This document shows positions 26,239-39,204 of a stretch of DNA of 58,595 nt, in pieces; position 1 is the stretch's first letter; each line of letters begins with the position of its first letter. The notes beneath the pieces were generated by a model. That model did no database searches and was not told where the DNA came from. It saw only the letters and a list, made by a program, of their open reading frames with translations. Made by a program: the position numbers and the translations under genes. The stretch spans positions 1-58,595 of the forward strand of contig JALJEE010000392.1 of NCBI GenBank assembly GCA_023231475.1, in the 5' to 3' direction. This DNA is from Seison nebaliae. Its lineage: Eukaryota.

Positions 26239-28827
26239 TTATTTACGGTGAGGTTTCCTTTTAAATGGTTGTCTATTGGATATTTTCGCTTTTTCCTTTT
26301 GATCTTTCGATGTGGATGAGTTGTCCATCTCTGACAATGGAATTGATTGACTAAATTGATTTAATAGCGATAATGCATTTGATGGTAAGGAACTGGCGAT
26401 TGATTCATTGTTATTCTTTTGTCGATTCGTAAATTGTTGTCGATTGTGATGTTGTAACATTTGTTGGAACGGAAACACTTCATTTGACTTTCCTTGTTGA
26501 ATGAAACGTTCTTGTTGTTGTTGTAGTTGTTGTTGTTGTTGTTGATGAGTGATTGGTCCCATTGTGTGATTAGTAAGTTGATTAGATTGAATGAAAGTTT
26601 GAATGAAGAGAGACAACATATTCTGTTGATTGTTACAATTGACATTGTTAGTCGATGGAATTAGATTATCTGTTATTCGATCCTTATGTTGATGGATACT
26701 ATTCAATTGAGTATTTGATTGACTCAACACATTCTCACAATTCTCATTCAATAAAGCTGCTGCTGCCGTCATGGTGGTTGTAGAGGAAGAAGATGTTGAA
26801 TTATTGGTGGAATGATTAATCGATTCATTACTCTTTCTATTCATGAGAATTGAAAGCATTTGATCGGAAATAATACTATTTGAAATATTTATATTATTCT
26901 CATTTCGACGAACCACATTCTTCTCATTCGAACACATATTCATCATGTCATTATTATTACCATTATTCGATTGAGAAATCTTCGATTCTTGTTTGAACTT
27001 TTGTTGAAGTTGTCGATTGATTTCAATTCCATTTCTCTCTTGCTCTCTCATTAATTCTTCATGTTTCTGATTCTCTGTAATATTCTCATCTAATTCTGTT
27101 CGATTTAGATTGTGATGAATGATATCTGACGAAGTTGTTTTGGATGCATCAAATAATTGTTTTAATTTCGTTGATGATAAACCATCGAGTAGTAATTGAA
27201 CAGAATGTGTCCCATTGCTATGCTGAGTTGAATTCGTCTGTTTTGAATTATTTTGATCGGAAGATATTATTTCATCTTCTCTTCTACGATCAATGGGTCG
27301 TAGAATTTTCATTAAATAATTTATAGCTGCTTCCGATGATAAAAGATTTTGATGACCGATGGTCATTTCTTCACATTTATTCATTTCCATAGTCATTTTA
27401 TTCTGTTTTATTTCATTTTCTTCACAAACCTTCAAATTAAATTTTCGACGATTGTCACTTTTCGTTTTATCGGTCGTCGATTTCTTACTTAAATTCACAA
27501 TTGACGATGATGATGATATTAAATTTTCTTTAATATTTTTTTTCGGTTCGATCGTCTCTTTCTCTTTTTGAATTTTTGAATGATTCGTTGGTGATGGAAT
27601 ATTGGAGATTGATGGTGATGATAATGTCGAAGAAATTGGAGAGACGGAGGAGGTGATGGGTGTCGTATTCGTCGTTGTTATTTCACTTTCGTTCGTGGAG
27701 AAATTGAGATCTCTCTCTTTCATTTGTTCATCTTGTTTGAGTCGATTTAATCTGATTAATTCGGCCAGTGACTCCACACGTAATTGGGAAAGATTGAAAA
27801 CATATGTCGCTTCAATCAACAAAGGTGTTGTTTCACTTCCAATGATATTATTTGAATAAACTTGAAAATAATCCACAATATCATTCAACATCATTCGTTT
27901 TCCATCAATTCTCATTTTCTTCTTCATTTCATTCATATTCTCATCATCAAATACTTGTGCGACGAGAATTAAATTGAATAATTTTTCGTCGGTGGCCAAA
28001 TTCTCTTTCATCATCAGTTTCTTCTTCTCAACAATGTCATTTTCATCGTGAAATGCTTGCAGCAAATCATCATGAATGATTGGCGGACACTTAAGTCGTA
28101 GGAACTTTTGAAGTGAAGTAGTTGCCATATTGGTGGGACATTCGAATCTTTTCCATTGTTGCTAAAAAAAGTAATTGAAGTGAAATTGATTTTGGTGCAC
28201 AAACAAAATTAATATTAACATAAATCGGAACGTTTTCTTTCTTGTTTGATTTAAGAGATTTCCTGCAAACCAATTAAGAAAATAAAATAATAACAATTTC
28301 AAAATTATTCAACAAACTTTAACGAGTGTGTCATTAAATTCAAAGTAACATTTGTCTTCACCAACATATAAATTGATCCTAATGATTTCTTCTTTCGGAT
28401 CACTTCGTTGAATGTTCTCCTTCTTTTAATTTCAACTAAACAAAAAATAATTTGAATTTAAAAAGAATATAATGAAAGTAAACCATCTAAAATGTTTCTC
28501 TGCATCATGTCGATAACATTCTGGAGAATGTAATCGTCTTTCAATGAAATCTCTTCATTCGATCCAACATTTATGGGACATATTGGACATTGGTTACATG
28601 ACTTCAAATGACTTACAATACAACTACGACAAACTAGAAAGGATATTGTCAATTTAGATTAAATTTGAGAACTAACATGAATGCATGCAGTGAACAATAC
28701 ATGTCGCATCGATCTTAATTCCAGAGCAGATGGGACAAGTGACAAATGTTTGTACATCCTTTATTGGTAATTCGACAACATCATTTTTCTTCTTATCATC
28801 ATTTTCTGCAGTCGCACATCTCTTCAT
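26239..28827 (-). CDS. Polycomb group RING finger (PCGF/BMI1/Psc-like) protein with long low-complexity C-terminus; exons 28827-28677, 28633-28484, 28435-28318, 28262-28220, 28161-26239 (about 794 aa)
   Basis: RING VTCPICSGIKIDATCIVHCMHSFCRSCIVSHLKSCNQCPIC...LKDDYILQNVI, then EIKRRRTF and RAWUL KRFECPTNMATTSLQKFLRLK, matching BMI1 order. The fourth donor could alternatively be 28231, also GTT and same phase. Confidence 0.88.
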
Positions 28828-28883
28828 AATTTTTACTGATTTATAAGATACATATGTAAATGGGATGAATCTGTTATTACAAC

Positions 28884-28897
28884 GTTACCATAGCAAC
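28884..28897. promoter_or_regulatory. Consensus RFX X-box GTTACCATAGCAAC 57-70 bp upstream of the PCGF ATG
   Basis: Exact fit to GTTRCCATRGYAAC. Confidence 0.65.
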
Positions 28898-31800
28898 GAG
28901 AGAAATAAACAAAATAATAAATTTAGGGAATAAAATTTTTCATGAATATAAAAGGAAATTGAAGACTATCGATATCATGACAAAGTCAATATAGGTAATT
29001 TCTTAAAATTTTTCCATTTCTACAATTTCTACAATTTCTACGTCAAAAGGAGTCGCAACGAGAAACATCAACAAAAAGAATGACCATTAAATTCGTGTTA
29101 ATTGTTAAATGAATGAAAGAGAAGAGTAAATGTTCAGCTATTTTCATGATTAAATCGTCATTAAATACCACATACACATACAAAGACTCAGAATAAATGA
29201 AATGGAAGAGAAACGATCTTCTTCTCTCTTCTTCCAATTTACTTTCCTAACAGTAAATGTCGATGACAGTCGATTTATTATGAAAAATGTATCGGAAGCG
29301 AATGATATTATTTCTGAAAGAACTGAATAAAAATTCCTGTGGTTTCTTCTCTCGAACAATTGGGAGAATTGGGAGAATTGGATATTATTCTATTCGCTCC
29401 TTGTACTGTCATGTGTGAAGTATTCATTCGATTAATCGAACTTGATAATTTCACACATTGTTATCTTTTCACAGAATTTATGACGGACAATATGAATTCT
29501 TTTAAGACGACACCAATTCTTTCATTTGAGCTTACACTGGCCTTTGTCCAAAAACTTATATTTTCAAAGAAACATATTTATTTATTCTCCGTTACACATA
29601 TTCCCGAATAACATTATTTTTCATATTATATCGTAAATGAATTATCATATTTCATCTCGTATTAACGAAACGAAAAAATACGTGATTAATAAATGAATGA
29701 TATAGGCTTATCATTACGAAACATCAAATAATAAACAAGTATAATAATTGAGAAATATATCAATAATAATCAACTACTACTATAATCTACATAACTTATT
29801 GACGTAAATTATTCTTGCTATTCTTGTGGAATAAGAATAATAATAATTATTATTATATATAAAAATTATATATATATTACCAGTAATGAAAATAATAAGA
29901 ATTTACATAAAGACGTTGTGAGGTGTGTTTGTCTTCAACGAAATAATATTATTATTATACATACGATTAATCAATTAGGGGAAGAAAATTGTTTACATTT
30001 TAAAATCGATAGAAAACTGTTATTTGGCTACTGCTTAAAAGATTTGAATTCCGTATAACTGAACTCAACTACAACTTTAACTTTAACTTTTTCATTCAGA
30101 ATAATTTTTTCTTTGTATTCTTACTAATCAATTATTTCTTATTGACCATGACAATTAGAATAATTCCACTATAAAATTACAAAAAATAAAGAAACTAAGA
30201 ACGACTCGACCGTTTTTAACCGTAACTGTTTTCTTCGTACATGGAGAGATGTAGTAGAATGTTGTAGCAACAGTTGAGAAAGTAGCGCGTGTGGAAAAAA
30301 TGAAAGAAGAGAAAAATGTATCCACTCACTCGCAAATGACGTCAATCTTCCGTGACGAGAAGAAGAAAATAATATAATTAATCCTTTACATAAATAAAAC
30401 GCTAAACAATTTTAATTAAAATACAGTTATTTGTCGAACTCGCAAAATATTTATCTTTTCTTTTTATTCAAATTTCGATTGCACAATTTTCAATCAATGA
30501 AACTTAGTGATCAATATTGGAAGATGAGTGAGGAAGCCTGGAGAATGAACCCTTGTAATGCTTTGGCGAACTTTGTTAGAGGAAGAGAAAAATAAAAGAA
30601 GAATTTGGTTGTTATACTTTGAACGATCGGCACAATCGTAGAAATGATGATAAAAGGGAGAAATAAAGAAATTGCATTTCTCTTCACCCGCCTTTTCGTT
30701 GAACGAATGAATCCGTATTCCTCCTTCTACATATAAAACTCTTCAATAATTAGAGGAACAATTTCTATCTCCTTTATATAATATCATACTCTACGTGAGT
30801 TCTACTGATGAATATGTCAGTAATACCATATAATTCTCAATTTATTAAATGCACATTAATATTAAAGGACATGTAAGTTACATATAGACAGAACTTCCAA
30901 TATTCAGTATAATATTAGATCAACTGAATTAATTTGATGAATAAACATTCACTAAAGAAACAATATCTATGTAGATTCTATATTATAGAAATTATATTAT
31001 TCTGGTTACGTAGTCAAATGAATGAAATTTATTAAGGAGAGTTATATACATTCTATTTCATTTCTTACATAGACATAGACGATAAGAAAGAATTTCTCTG
31101 TATAACAATAATATTTTATGTATGTTCCTCATTTATTCTCCGTCCGTAAAAGATTTGCATTGATAAGTCTTTCTAACTGAAAGACTCTCTTTTTATGATT
31201 CTTTTTCTGTTCAACTCTACCACACTACAATTGTGTTATCGCTACAATTTGACCGAATTATTTCTTCTTATTTCTCGTCAGTTCTCGAATTTAATAATAA
31301 CATTTGGAGAACTTAGGAAGACACACAGATACACACACATAGAGGGACCCCTACTAACTAACATATACATATGTCTGTGTATACATCATCACTCAAATTA
31401 GTGTGGAGAGATCTCTGTTCAACTCGGTCCTAATCATGATGATGGACCACTACACGCAACTCCTCTAATAATGGTGAATTTTTTCCGATCCAAGAAGATG
31501 TGATATTTATACAATAGAATGGACGTAGAAATGATTGGGGTAGTAGAGATGGGAACATGAAATGGCATACGATTGACTGAACATGATTGTAGGAAAATGA
31601 ATACTATAAAAGAGACTAGAAAGGTCCCCTTTCTTATTTGTAGAGTGAATATGTAGCTGACGTGGACACTCGAAAACATTTGGAAGGGAAATTGTTTTAC
31701 TCTTATATCAATAAATATGAGGGCGGTTTCTACTTCTAATGAAGAAGAAACCTATTTTCTTTTTTGGATTCGGTTCTATACAGCCATCCTAATAATAAAA

Positions 31801-32905
31801 TAAGGGAACATTATTAATGATTGAAGAAACAGAGAGAACTTAAAATATATTCACACTTCTTATTTCTAATACTGACATAAGTGAACGTGCTCACGTGCTC
31901 AATAGAAAGCATAGCGACTGCTGATGGCTAATTGATAAGGGAGAACAGATTATCTGTTTTCCATTAAATTTCTGACAGACATGTTGCCCTTAATGAGAAT
32001 AAATATCTCAAGTGAATATACAGATGTTATTAATCAGCTGCGAATGAAAGTTAATCTTAATGAACGATAATTTTTTGACCCCTCTGAATACTAATTTATC
32101 ATTGCAAACGAATTGCAAATTCGGATCATCGAGTTATTCGAGTGAGATCTAATATCACATATACATATGTATGATCCGAATAATTGAATGCAGAAAGATG
32201 AATTGAATAAATTAGAAATTCTCCTGATGAATATAAAACGAAGAGATATTTGTATGTCAATTTGATCAAATGGATTTCGACTTAAAAGTAAATCTTCTGA
32301 CTAGTTTTATTCATTCTGATTCGTCTGTCCACAAGTTTCTTTTTAATATTAATCTTGGATTGTACTTGACATTTGAATGAATCTTTGACATCCGACGACT
32401 ACTAATTGAGCTTTTGTTTATTAAAGGACAATAAAGGTTCTTCTTTCGATCTTCTATTACTCCCCGTCAATTGGAATAATAATACTTTGAATTATTCGTT
32501 GCAATTCTTATAAATAGTGATATTTGAATAAAATGAGAGAGAACGAGAGATTAGTAAAAATATCAGATAAAAATTAAACGGACAAATAAATCATTTGATT
32601 TAATTTTGATATTAAAGTTCTTTAAATTTACGGTAAATAACGCCGTTATTATAACGGTAACTAAAACACTAAAACAAATTGCTGAAAGATTGAAAGAAAT
32701 GAATAAGAACTGAAATTGACAATAACAATATTAACTAATAGTATTAACTGTACAATAATTTGAAACTAAAAACGATTGATAGATAAATATGTGTAGCCTA
32801 CTTCTGACAGTTGAGCTACAAATAGAATGTTGTTAAAAAGCAACGGTCGCGCAAAAATACTAAAAGAAGATAAGAAGAGTACATGATTTTTCTTCCTTAA
32901 AACTT

Positions 32906-35069
32906 ATGAAACTCTTGTGGTTGTTGTTGATAAGATTAGTTGGAAATTGTTTAGGAAATAACTACCATGATAATATGGTTCAATGTTTTTCAACTAAAAA
33001 TGTTGATAATCGCTTATTCAGTCAAGAATTTGCTGCAAATGGATTTAGTACTTTAGCAGAGGAATATAATGTGAGAAATTGCGAGAAGCTTTGTGAAAGG
33101 AATGAACCATATTTCCGTATTATGACTCGGGATCTTCCAGAAGAACAACCAGATCGTGCATCATCTTTTGAATCTCCAATCTTCTCTTGTGCTACTCAAT
33201 TTAAAAATAAAGAAATTAATTGTGAGTCATTAGGCGCGGAAATATTCTTCCTACTATTCGCTCAATTACCAACAGAGTTACAACAAGAATTGAAGAAAGA
33301 ATGTCTCCAGCTCGACTCGTTACAAGAGGATGAATTGCAAGTATTTAAACATCCAATATTAGGATTGAAAACTGTAATTCATCCAAAGATAAATTGGCAT
33401 CGAGATATGTTCCGATTATTAACATCACACGGTTATACTTATCGACCTGAGACACGATCTTATATTTTGATAACTGGTGTTAGTAGTTTTATTGTAAATA
33501 GAAACTGTATTTTATATTTTTAAAATTTCTCAAGAAATGTCCAGGTCTTCGAATAATTAAAATAGCCCAACCGTTTTGTCTTCAAAATATGTTATTAGTA
33601 CGTCTTATTCAAGCATATGATTGCATCTTCCCAAATTCTCGATGTGATCATCTTTACAAATATCGAATTGGTGATCCTCTAATTGATCAGATGGGTAAAC
33701 TGAATGTATCAATGGATAATGTCGAATTTAGTGTAGGTGTAGGCAATTGTACGAAAGATTGTTTCTACAAATATCAATGTTATCGATTGCGTCATAATAT
33801 CTTGCTGAGACTATTCAACGGTTAATTGATAAATTGGAAATTGTCTTTATAAAACATTTTATTTGTTTAGAAAAGGTTGTTCCTTTTATGTCATTTAAGA
33901 ATGTGCCGATCTTCAACGATTCTGATTCGACTTGCAACATAACTGCTCATATTAATCGAGTTGTTAGACAAGGAGTCTACGTTAATAATAATAGAATAGT
34001 TTTAGGTTAGTTTTCCATTTTATATTTTATTTTATTTTATTCTTGATTATCGTTTATCAATTTATTATTAAATTTAAATAAAAAACTTTTAATTATAATT
34101 AATTGATTCGATAATTATTCAAAATTCACAGTTAGGTATCAATTTCTTAATTGTTTCTATTTTCTCTTAGGTAGTCCAAACAATTATTGGATGTTATTTG
34201 GGGAACAATTGCCATTCAATGAAATTCGTCAGAGGAACAAAAGAGCTGCTGCTATTTTCCCACCGGTGCAAATTTATCAGCAAAGACAGTTGACGAAACA
34301 AGTTCAACCGAATGTGTGGAGTGCATGGTCGACATGGAGTTCATGTGACGTGGATTGTGGGAAGTCGGAAGTGAAAAGAACACGACAATGTCTCGTTCCG
34401 TCATCACCATGGCTTTGTGTAGACAAATCAGAAGAAACACGTGAATGTATCGAACCTTGTTGGAGTGCGTGGTCTGATTGGTCGGATTGTACGGTGAATT
34501 GTGGACATGGATTAGAGAATCGCTATCGCAATTGTCGTTTCCGTAGAGAGGAAGTATGTCGTGAAAAATTCGCAGGTGAGTCTTATGAAACAAGAGAGTG
34601 TGTTGGGAAGAATGGACATGATTGTATCAAATATTATTTAACCGAATGGAGTGACTGGACGCCATGTACGAGTACATGTGGAGAAGGATTGAAAACGAGA
34701 AAAAGACGTTGTTTAAAAGAAGATAATACGAGAAAGAAACGACGGATATCTGTACTGACATTAAGAAAACATCAATCGCTTCGAATACGTCGAGAAATTT
34801 CAGATGATGAAGAAGAAGAAACGTCGAGAAGTGTCATAGTTAATCGAGCGATAAATATTTGCAAAGTTGAACCCGCTTTCATTGAGACTGACACTGCTAC
34901 TTGTATTGCCATTTGTCCAAACGATACACCTAATTGGCTCGTCTCATTGAGTGTAGTCTTCTTTCTTGCTAATCTTTCTCTCATTATTCTTATCATTATC
35001 ATCACCATTTATTTTAAGAGATATAAGAAAGAAGAGACAATGCGAACATTCTCGCATATGAATAACTGA
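32906..35069 (+). CDS. Type I membrane protein with three thrombospondin type-1 repeats; exons 32906-33478, 33535-33820, 33871-34005, 34171-35069 (630 aa)
   Basis: Signal peptide MKLLWLLLIRLVGNCLG; three WSxWSxCxxxCG...R.R.C repeats; TM LVSLSVVFFLANLSLIILIIIITIYF followed by KRYKK; in-frame GT-AG joins. Confidence 0.85.
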
Positions 35070-35192
35070 AATAAAAATATTCTATTTTCAATTCTCTTAA
35101 TCATTTCTTCTTTGACAATTTATTTTATTTTACGTTTTTTTCATTTTCTTAACTGAATTCGACAATTACGATCTATCTCCAAATCGCTTATT

Positions 35193-35206
35193 ATACTCAC
35201 AGTAAC
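35193..35206 (+). promoter_or_regulatory. Degenerate X-box ATACTCACAGTAAC about 20 bp upstream of the cystin-like ATG
   Basis: One mismatch to the relaxed RTHNYYWTRRNRAC consensus; same spacing to the ATG as the CSTPP1 X-box. Confidence 0.35.
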
Positions 35207-35225
35207 AAATTTATCAGAGAGAAAA

Positions 35226-36448
35226 ATGGGTTGTGGAAAATCGACACCAATCCATCCAAGTGCAATTTGTTTGTCTAAAAAACTTAAAATAAAACTATTG
35301 TTTAGGAGAAACTAGAGATTCGGATTTACCAAGTTTGTCTAATTTGAAAATTTAAAGAACTGAATTAATTTCATAGGAATCTCTCATTCCTCCCAATTAC
35401 GTGGAAGTGTTTCGTTTTTTCTTTTATTCCCGTAGTTCAACTTAACATTTTTGTTCTCATATTATTTCCTTTTCTAGCATCTCGGTTAGATGAGTTCAGT
35501 TCTAATGTTTTTTCTATCTTTCTGTGACATGTAGCGGATGAAGAACAAATTGGAGAACAATCCGTTGTGGACCAATTAAGAGAATCGATGGCCATGAGAA
35601 CGAGCACTAAACATGGTGGAGAAGCTGATGATGGAGAACTTGATATTACCACCGCCAACTTACAATATGTTAATTTTCTTTCGAACTTTTAATTTTAAAA
35701 TCTCTTAATTTGAGACGCCTTCAAAAAAATCTAAATATTGTGCGTGTATGAAATAAGTTAGAATTTAAGAAAATTTAAATTTAAGAATTACAACGAACTT
35801 CAATATTTCGAGTATTTCCCGATATGATACCAAAATTAGATCTATTTTTTTTCGTTCAATAATTTCCATATTTATTTTAAATAAATTATAATTTTTATTT
35901 TAAAACTTTTTTTCTCGACATCCAATAATATCAAACTGACATCATTGTCATAGATGTGTGAATGTTTACAATCAATTAAACAGTAGAACATTTTATTTAT
36001 TCAATCTGCTTATTTCATTGGATTAATCATAATAAATTTTTTGGGAAATACTAATATTTTTTTAATTGAAGAAAAGAGATTCGGATGATTCTGAATATGA
36101 GGAAGACTTGCGGAGGTTAAGTGCAGAAATCGATGATGAGAAATTACAATATGAAACTGGTTATTAGTATAATATTTTGAGATTTATGTTCATTTGCTTA
36201 GCATTGCGAGCGAAAGAAATGAAGAAGGTGAAAGATGAGATGAGTGAATTGGAAAAATACGGTGATATCGATGACTTTTTATCGTTTTTATTTTTTGTTT
36301 TTTTCATTTCTCAATAACTGTTTTTAGTGGAACTGAGACAGTTCCGAAAATAAAGAATACTAAAACGGTAGCAGAAGAAATCGGCATTAATTATACGAAA
36401 TCTGAATTAAGAATAATGAAGGAAGTGGAGGAATTGTATAATATTTGA
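35226..36448 (+). CDS. Multi-microexon gene for an N-acylated acidic protein with a cystin-1-like C-terminus (middle exons uncertain)
   Basis: Starts MGCGKSTPIHP. Clear coding exons at about 35535-35668, 36072-36159, 36202-36283 and 36328-36448; the last three are joined by 42- and 44-nt GTT..TAG introns. Ends GINYTKSELRIMKEVEELYNI*. Not in the ORF track. Confidence 0.65.
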
Positions 36449-36611
36449 AATTAATTCTTTTCAAATTGTTTTGAGGCATCATATATATACTTCATTTTTT
36501 AGTAAAACATCAAATAAATATTTGATAATAATGATGTAATCATAACAAGTAAAGACGAATTCCAATTAACCATTATCGATTGGGAATGAATAAAATTTTA
36601 ATATTTTCAAT

Positions 36612-36905
36612 TCATCCTAATACTTGTTGACTATCTGTCGTTGCTACTGAACTACGAGGTGTCGGAGGTATTGCGAACCAATTTCGTGGTGTATGATGTT
36701 GATAGATGTAGAAGGTGATTAGTTGAATAAGATATAAAGTGAAGCCAAAGAGTAAATGTTGCCATGACAATTGAGTGACATCAATATAGTTCTCTTCTCT
36801 CATCTCAATTGAGTTTCGAATAGGATTAACGAATGAAGATAATTTAAGGAAAAAGTAGGAAACTGTGGAAAGGAAATAGAATATTATTAAATAACGCTTT
36901 ATCAG
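36612..36905 (-). CDS. Possible last exon of a small membrane protein
   Basis: Open frame from an AG near 36906 (LIKRYLIIFYFLSTVSYFFLKL...WQHLLFGFTLYLIQLITFYIY...QQVLG*) with two hydrophobic stretches. No upstream exon or family identified. Confidence 0.3.
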   Translation of the reverse strand: MIKRYLIIFYFLSTVSYFFLKLSSFVNPIRNSIEMREENYIDVTQLSWQHLLFGFTLYLIQLITFYIYQHHTPRNWFAIPPTPRSSVATTDSQQVLG

Positions 36906-37576
36906 CTACAAATTCGAAGTGTGAAATTTATTATGAGACGGATTGTTCATTTAGAAATATGTCAATGTGTCTGGGAGTCTATGTGTTGTATATGCATGTG
37001 TATTCAATGTAAATTATGTTAATAAGAACGATAAAACGTTAAACAAAAACACATATCAAAAAAGAAGAAATTTGTAGATATATTTGTCTGATATTTAATT
37101 TTTTTTTCTTCATATCTTCCAATTTTATCTTCATATCTTCCCTTATTATATTTGGAAGATATTATTGAAATTAAATTGTAAAAATGAAAATTGAATTTTT
37201 CTCTTTCTGTTAAATCCACATCTAACCAATTTTTTAACTTTGAACTAAACATGTTTAGCATTTGGTAAAGGAGACTTGAAAGTTTTATGAAAACGACATC
37301 AAATTAGTGAGATACTAATCGAAAAGGTCTGCACTTCATAAAATTATTGTTAATGTAAATAAATGGAGTATAAATGAAAGAAATATGATAAATAAGTTGT
37401 ATATGATAAATTTAATTTTGTGAAGAGAATTTTAATATTTCATCTCAATTCGCTTCTCATCATTCTATAACTTTTCTTCTCATTTGGAAGATAGTTTGGT
37501 CATTTATCTATTATAAAGGAAGGTTCATCATCGGAAGATATTAATTCAAATTTTCTACTTTCTTTTCAATTGAACA

Positions 37577-39204
37577 ATGGCATTGATTCACCAAAACGGA
37601 TTTAATTTCGATGTTCTAATGCAAATTAAAAACAAAATCATTAAATATGGAGGTGAAAGAAATAATCAAAAAGTTCTCCTCTTTTTTTCTTAGCGTCATT
37701 CCTCAATCACCTTTTCTCAGTTGTATCAATATCTAATTAAATTAGAAAACGTTAATTTACCCCAAAAAGATCTCGATCGATCCAAATTAGTTTATGTGGT
37801 AGACAACATCGTTCAAATGATGAAAAGAAATGATGCCGACTTGGATGAAGCAATAGCTGCACAAGTTCTGACAAAATCAATGAATCTTGTTTCAAAATGG
37901 AGGAAGAGTCTACAATTAACTAATGGTGATAAGATAGTCAGAAAACGGAATGTAGACGATCCCAAACCGAATTCAAAGAGAATTAAAATAAATAGGAAAA
38001 GAACTGCTTCATCCTCTTCATCATCTTCCTCCTCCTCGTCCTCCTCATCATCATCATCTTCATCATCTTCCTCATCTTCTTCTTCGTCATCGTCTGAAGT
38101 GGAGACAAATTTAAAAAACAAACGAGTTATGAAGAAATCGACGAATGTACAAAAATCCAAACACAAAACTATTTCTATGGCACATTATTTCCAAAAACAT
38201 AATCGAACAAATCGAACAGATGATAATACTGTTAAGAAAACTTCACCATCATCTTCATCGAAAAATGAAAAAAATCGTTCTCGTTAGTATAATTATATGA
38301 CAATTCAATATGAATTTATCAAACATTTCTTTTAGTACCCAATTTAACAGAAGATGATTTTATGGATATTATTGATGAATCGTCCAATGTCAACGTTTTA
38401 TCTCTAATCAGTGATCAAAAGAAATCATTTGAATTTAACGATAATAATAAACAAGATGTCAATCTCGCTTTCATACGTAAAGGAAATATTGAAGCCATTC
38501 AACAGCAAAGCATTGCCAATGTGAAAGAAGCATGTAGACTGGATATATTGATGGCGAATTTGCTCGATATCAGTGAGGATCAAGTCGCCAATTATCTTCA
38601 TTCGACACCGAAACCTCCAGAAGTCTTTGAATGTGAACCACCGTCACTTCTCGCATTCAGTATGGTTGCCATCCGTCAAAATAAATCTCAGACTAAATTC
38701 GACGCAGACTTCCTAATGAAACTACCAACCGGATTTATTATGTTATTATTGGAAACTTTGACAGCTGACGATTTACAGCGTCTAGAGAATCAATCCATTT
38801 CATTATTACAAATTCCTGGATATGATATGTTATGGGGTCGATTAGTGAAGAGACAATTTCGGAATGAACGTCCCGATGTTGATTGTGGGGAGACATGGCG
38901 TGAATGTTGGCAGAGATTGAAATGTCGATACGATGAAAAGTTTGATAGTTGCATTAGTAAACGAAGAAAGCCAGTAATGGAAGAGAAGGAAATTCAATTA
39001 ACAGAAGACGCTGTTAAAAAGAGACATAGGAAGACTCATAATGATCGTCCCTTTTTTCACAATAAAGGTAGAAATATGACACCATCGAATCCGGAGAATG
39101 CAGGTCTCCTCAAATTGAGACCATCATATAAATCTAGTGGAAGTTCATTTTCACCAAAACGATTGAGTGTTCTCACCAAAATCAAAAGACGATTAGCTCG
39201 TTAA
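37577..39204 (+). CDS. ELOA: Elongin A; exons 37577-37672, 37721-38282, 38336-39204 (508 aa)
   Basis: N-terminal TFIIS-N-like region (KLYQYLIKLENV...LVSKWR), poly-Ser linker, BC-box position PSLLAFSMVAI, and Elongin A domain LQRLENQ...DMLWGRLVKRQFRNERP...ETWRECWQRL. Confidence 0.85.
38008..38095 (+). repeat. TCN trinucleotide tract encoding poly-Ser in ELOA
   Basis: Run of tca/tcc/tct/tcg codons. Confidence 0.9.

Noticed and set aside
32119..32180. miRNA-like hairpin
   Set aside because: Only an 11-bp stem (attcggatcat/atgatccgaat) with a long unpaired interior.
37813..38166. Antisense acidic ORF and similar shadow ORFs (19535, 27359, 45388, 51628)
   Set aside because: By-products of trinucleotide repeats and codon structure on the real coding strand.
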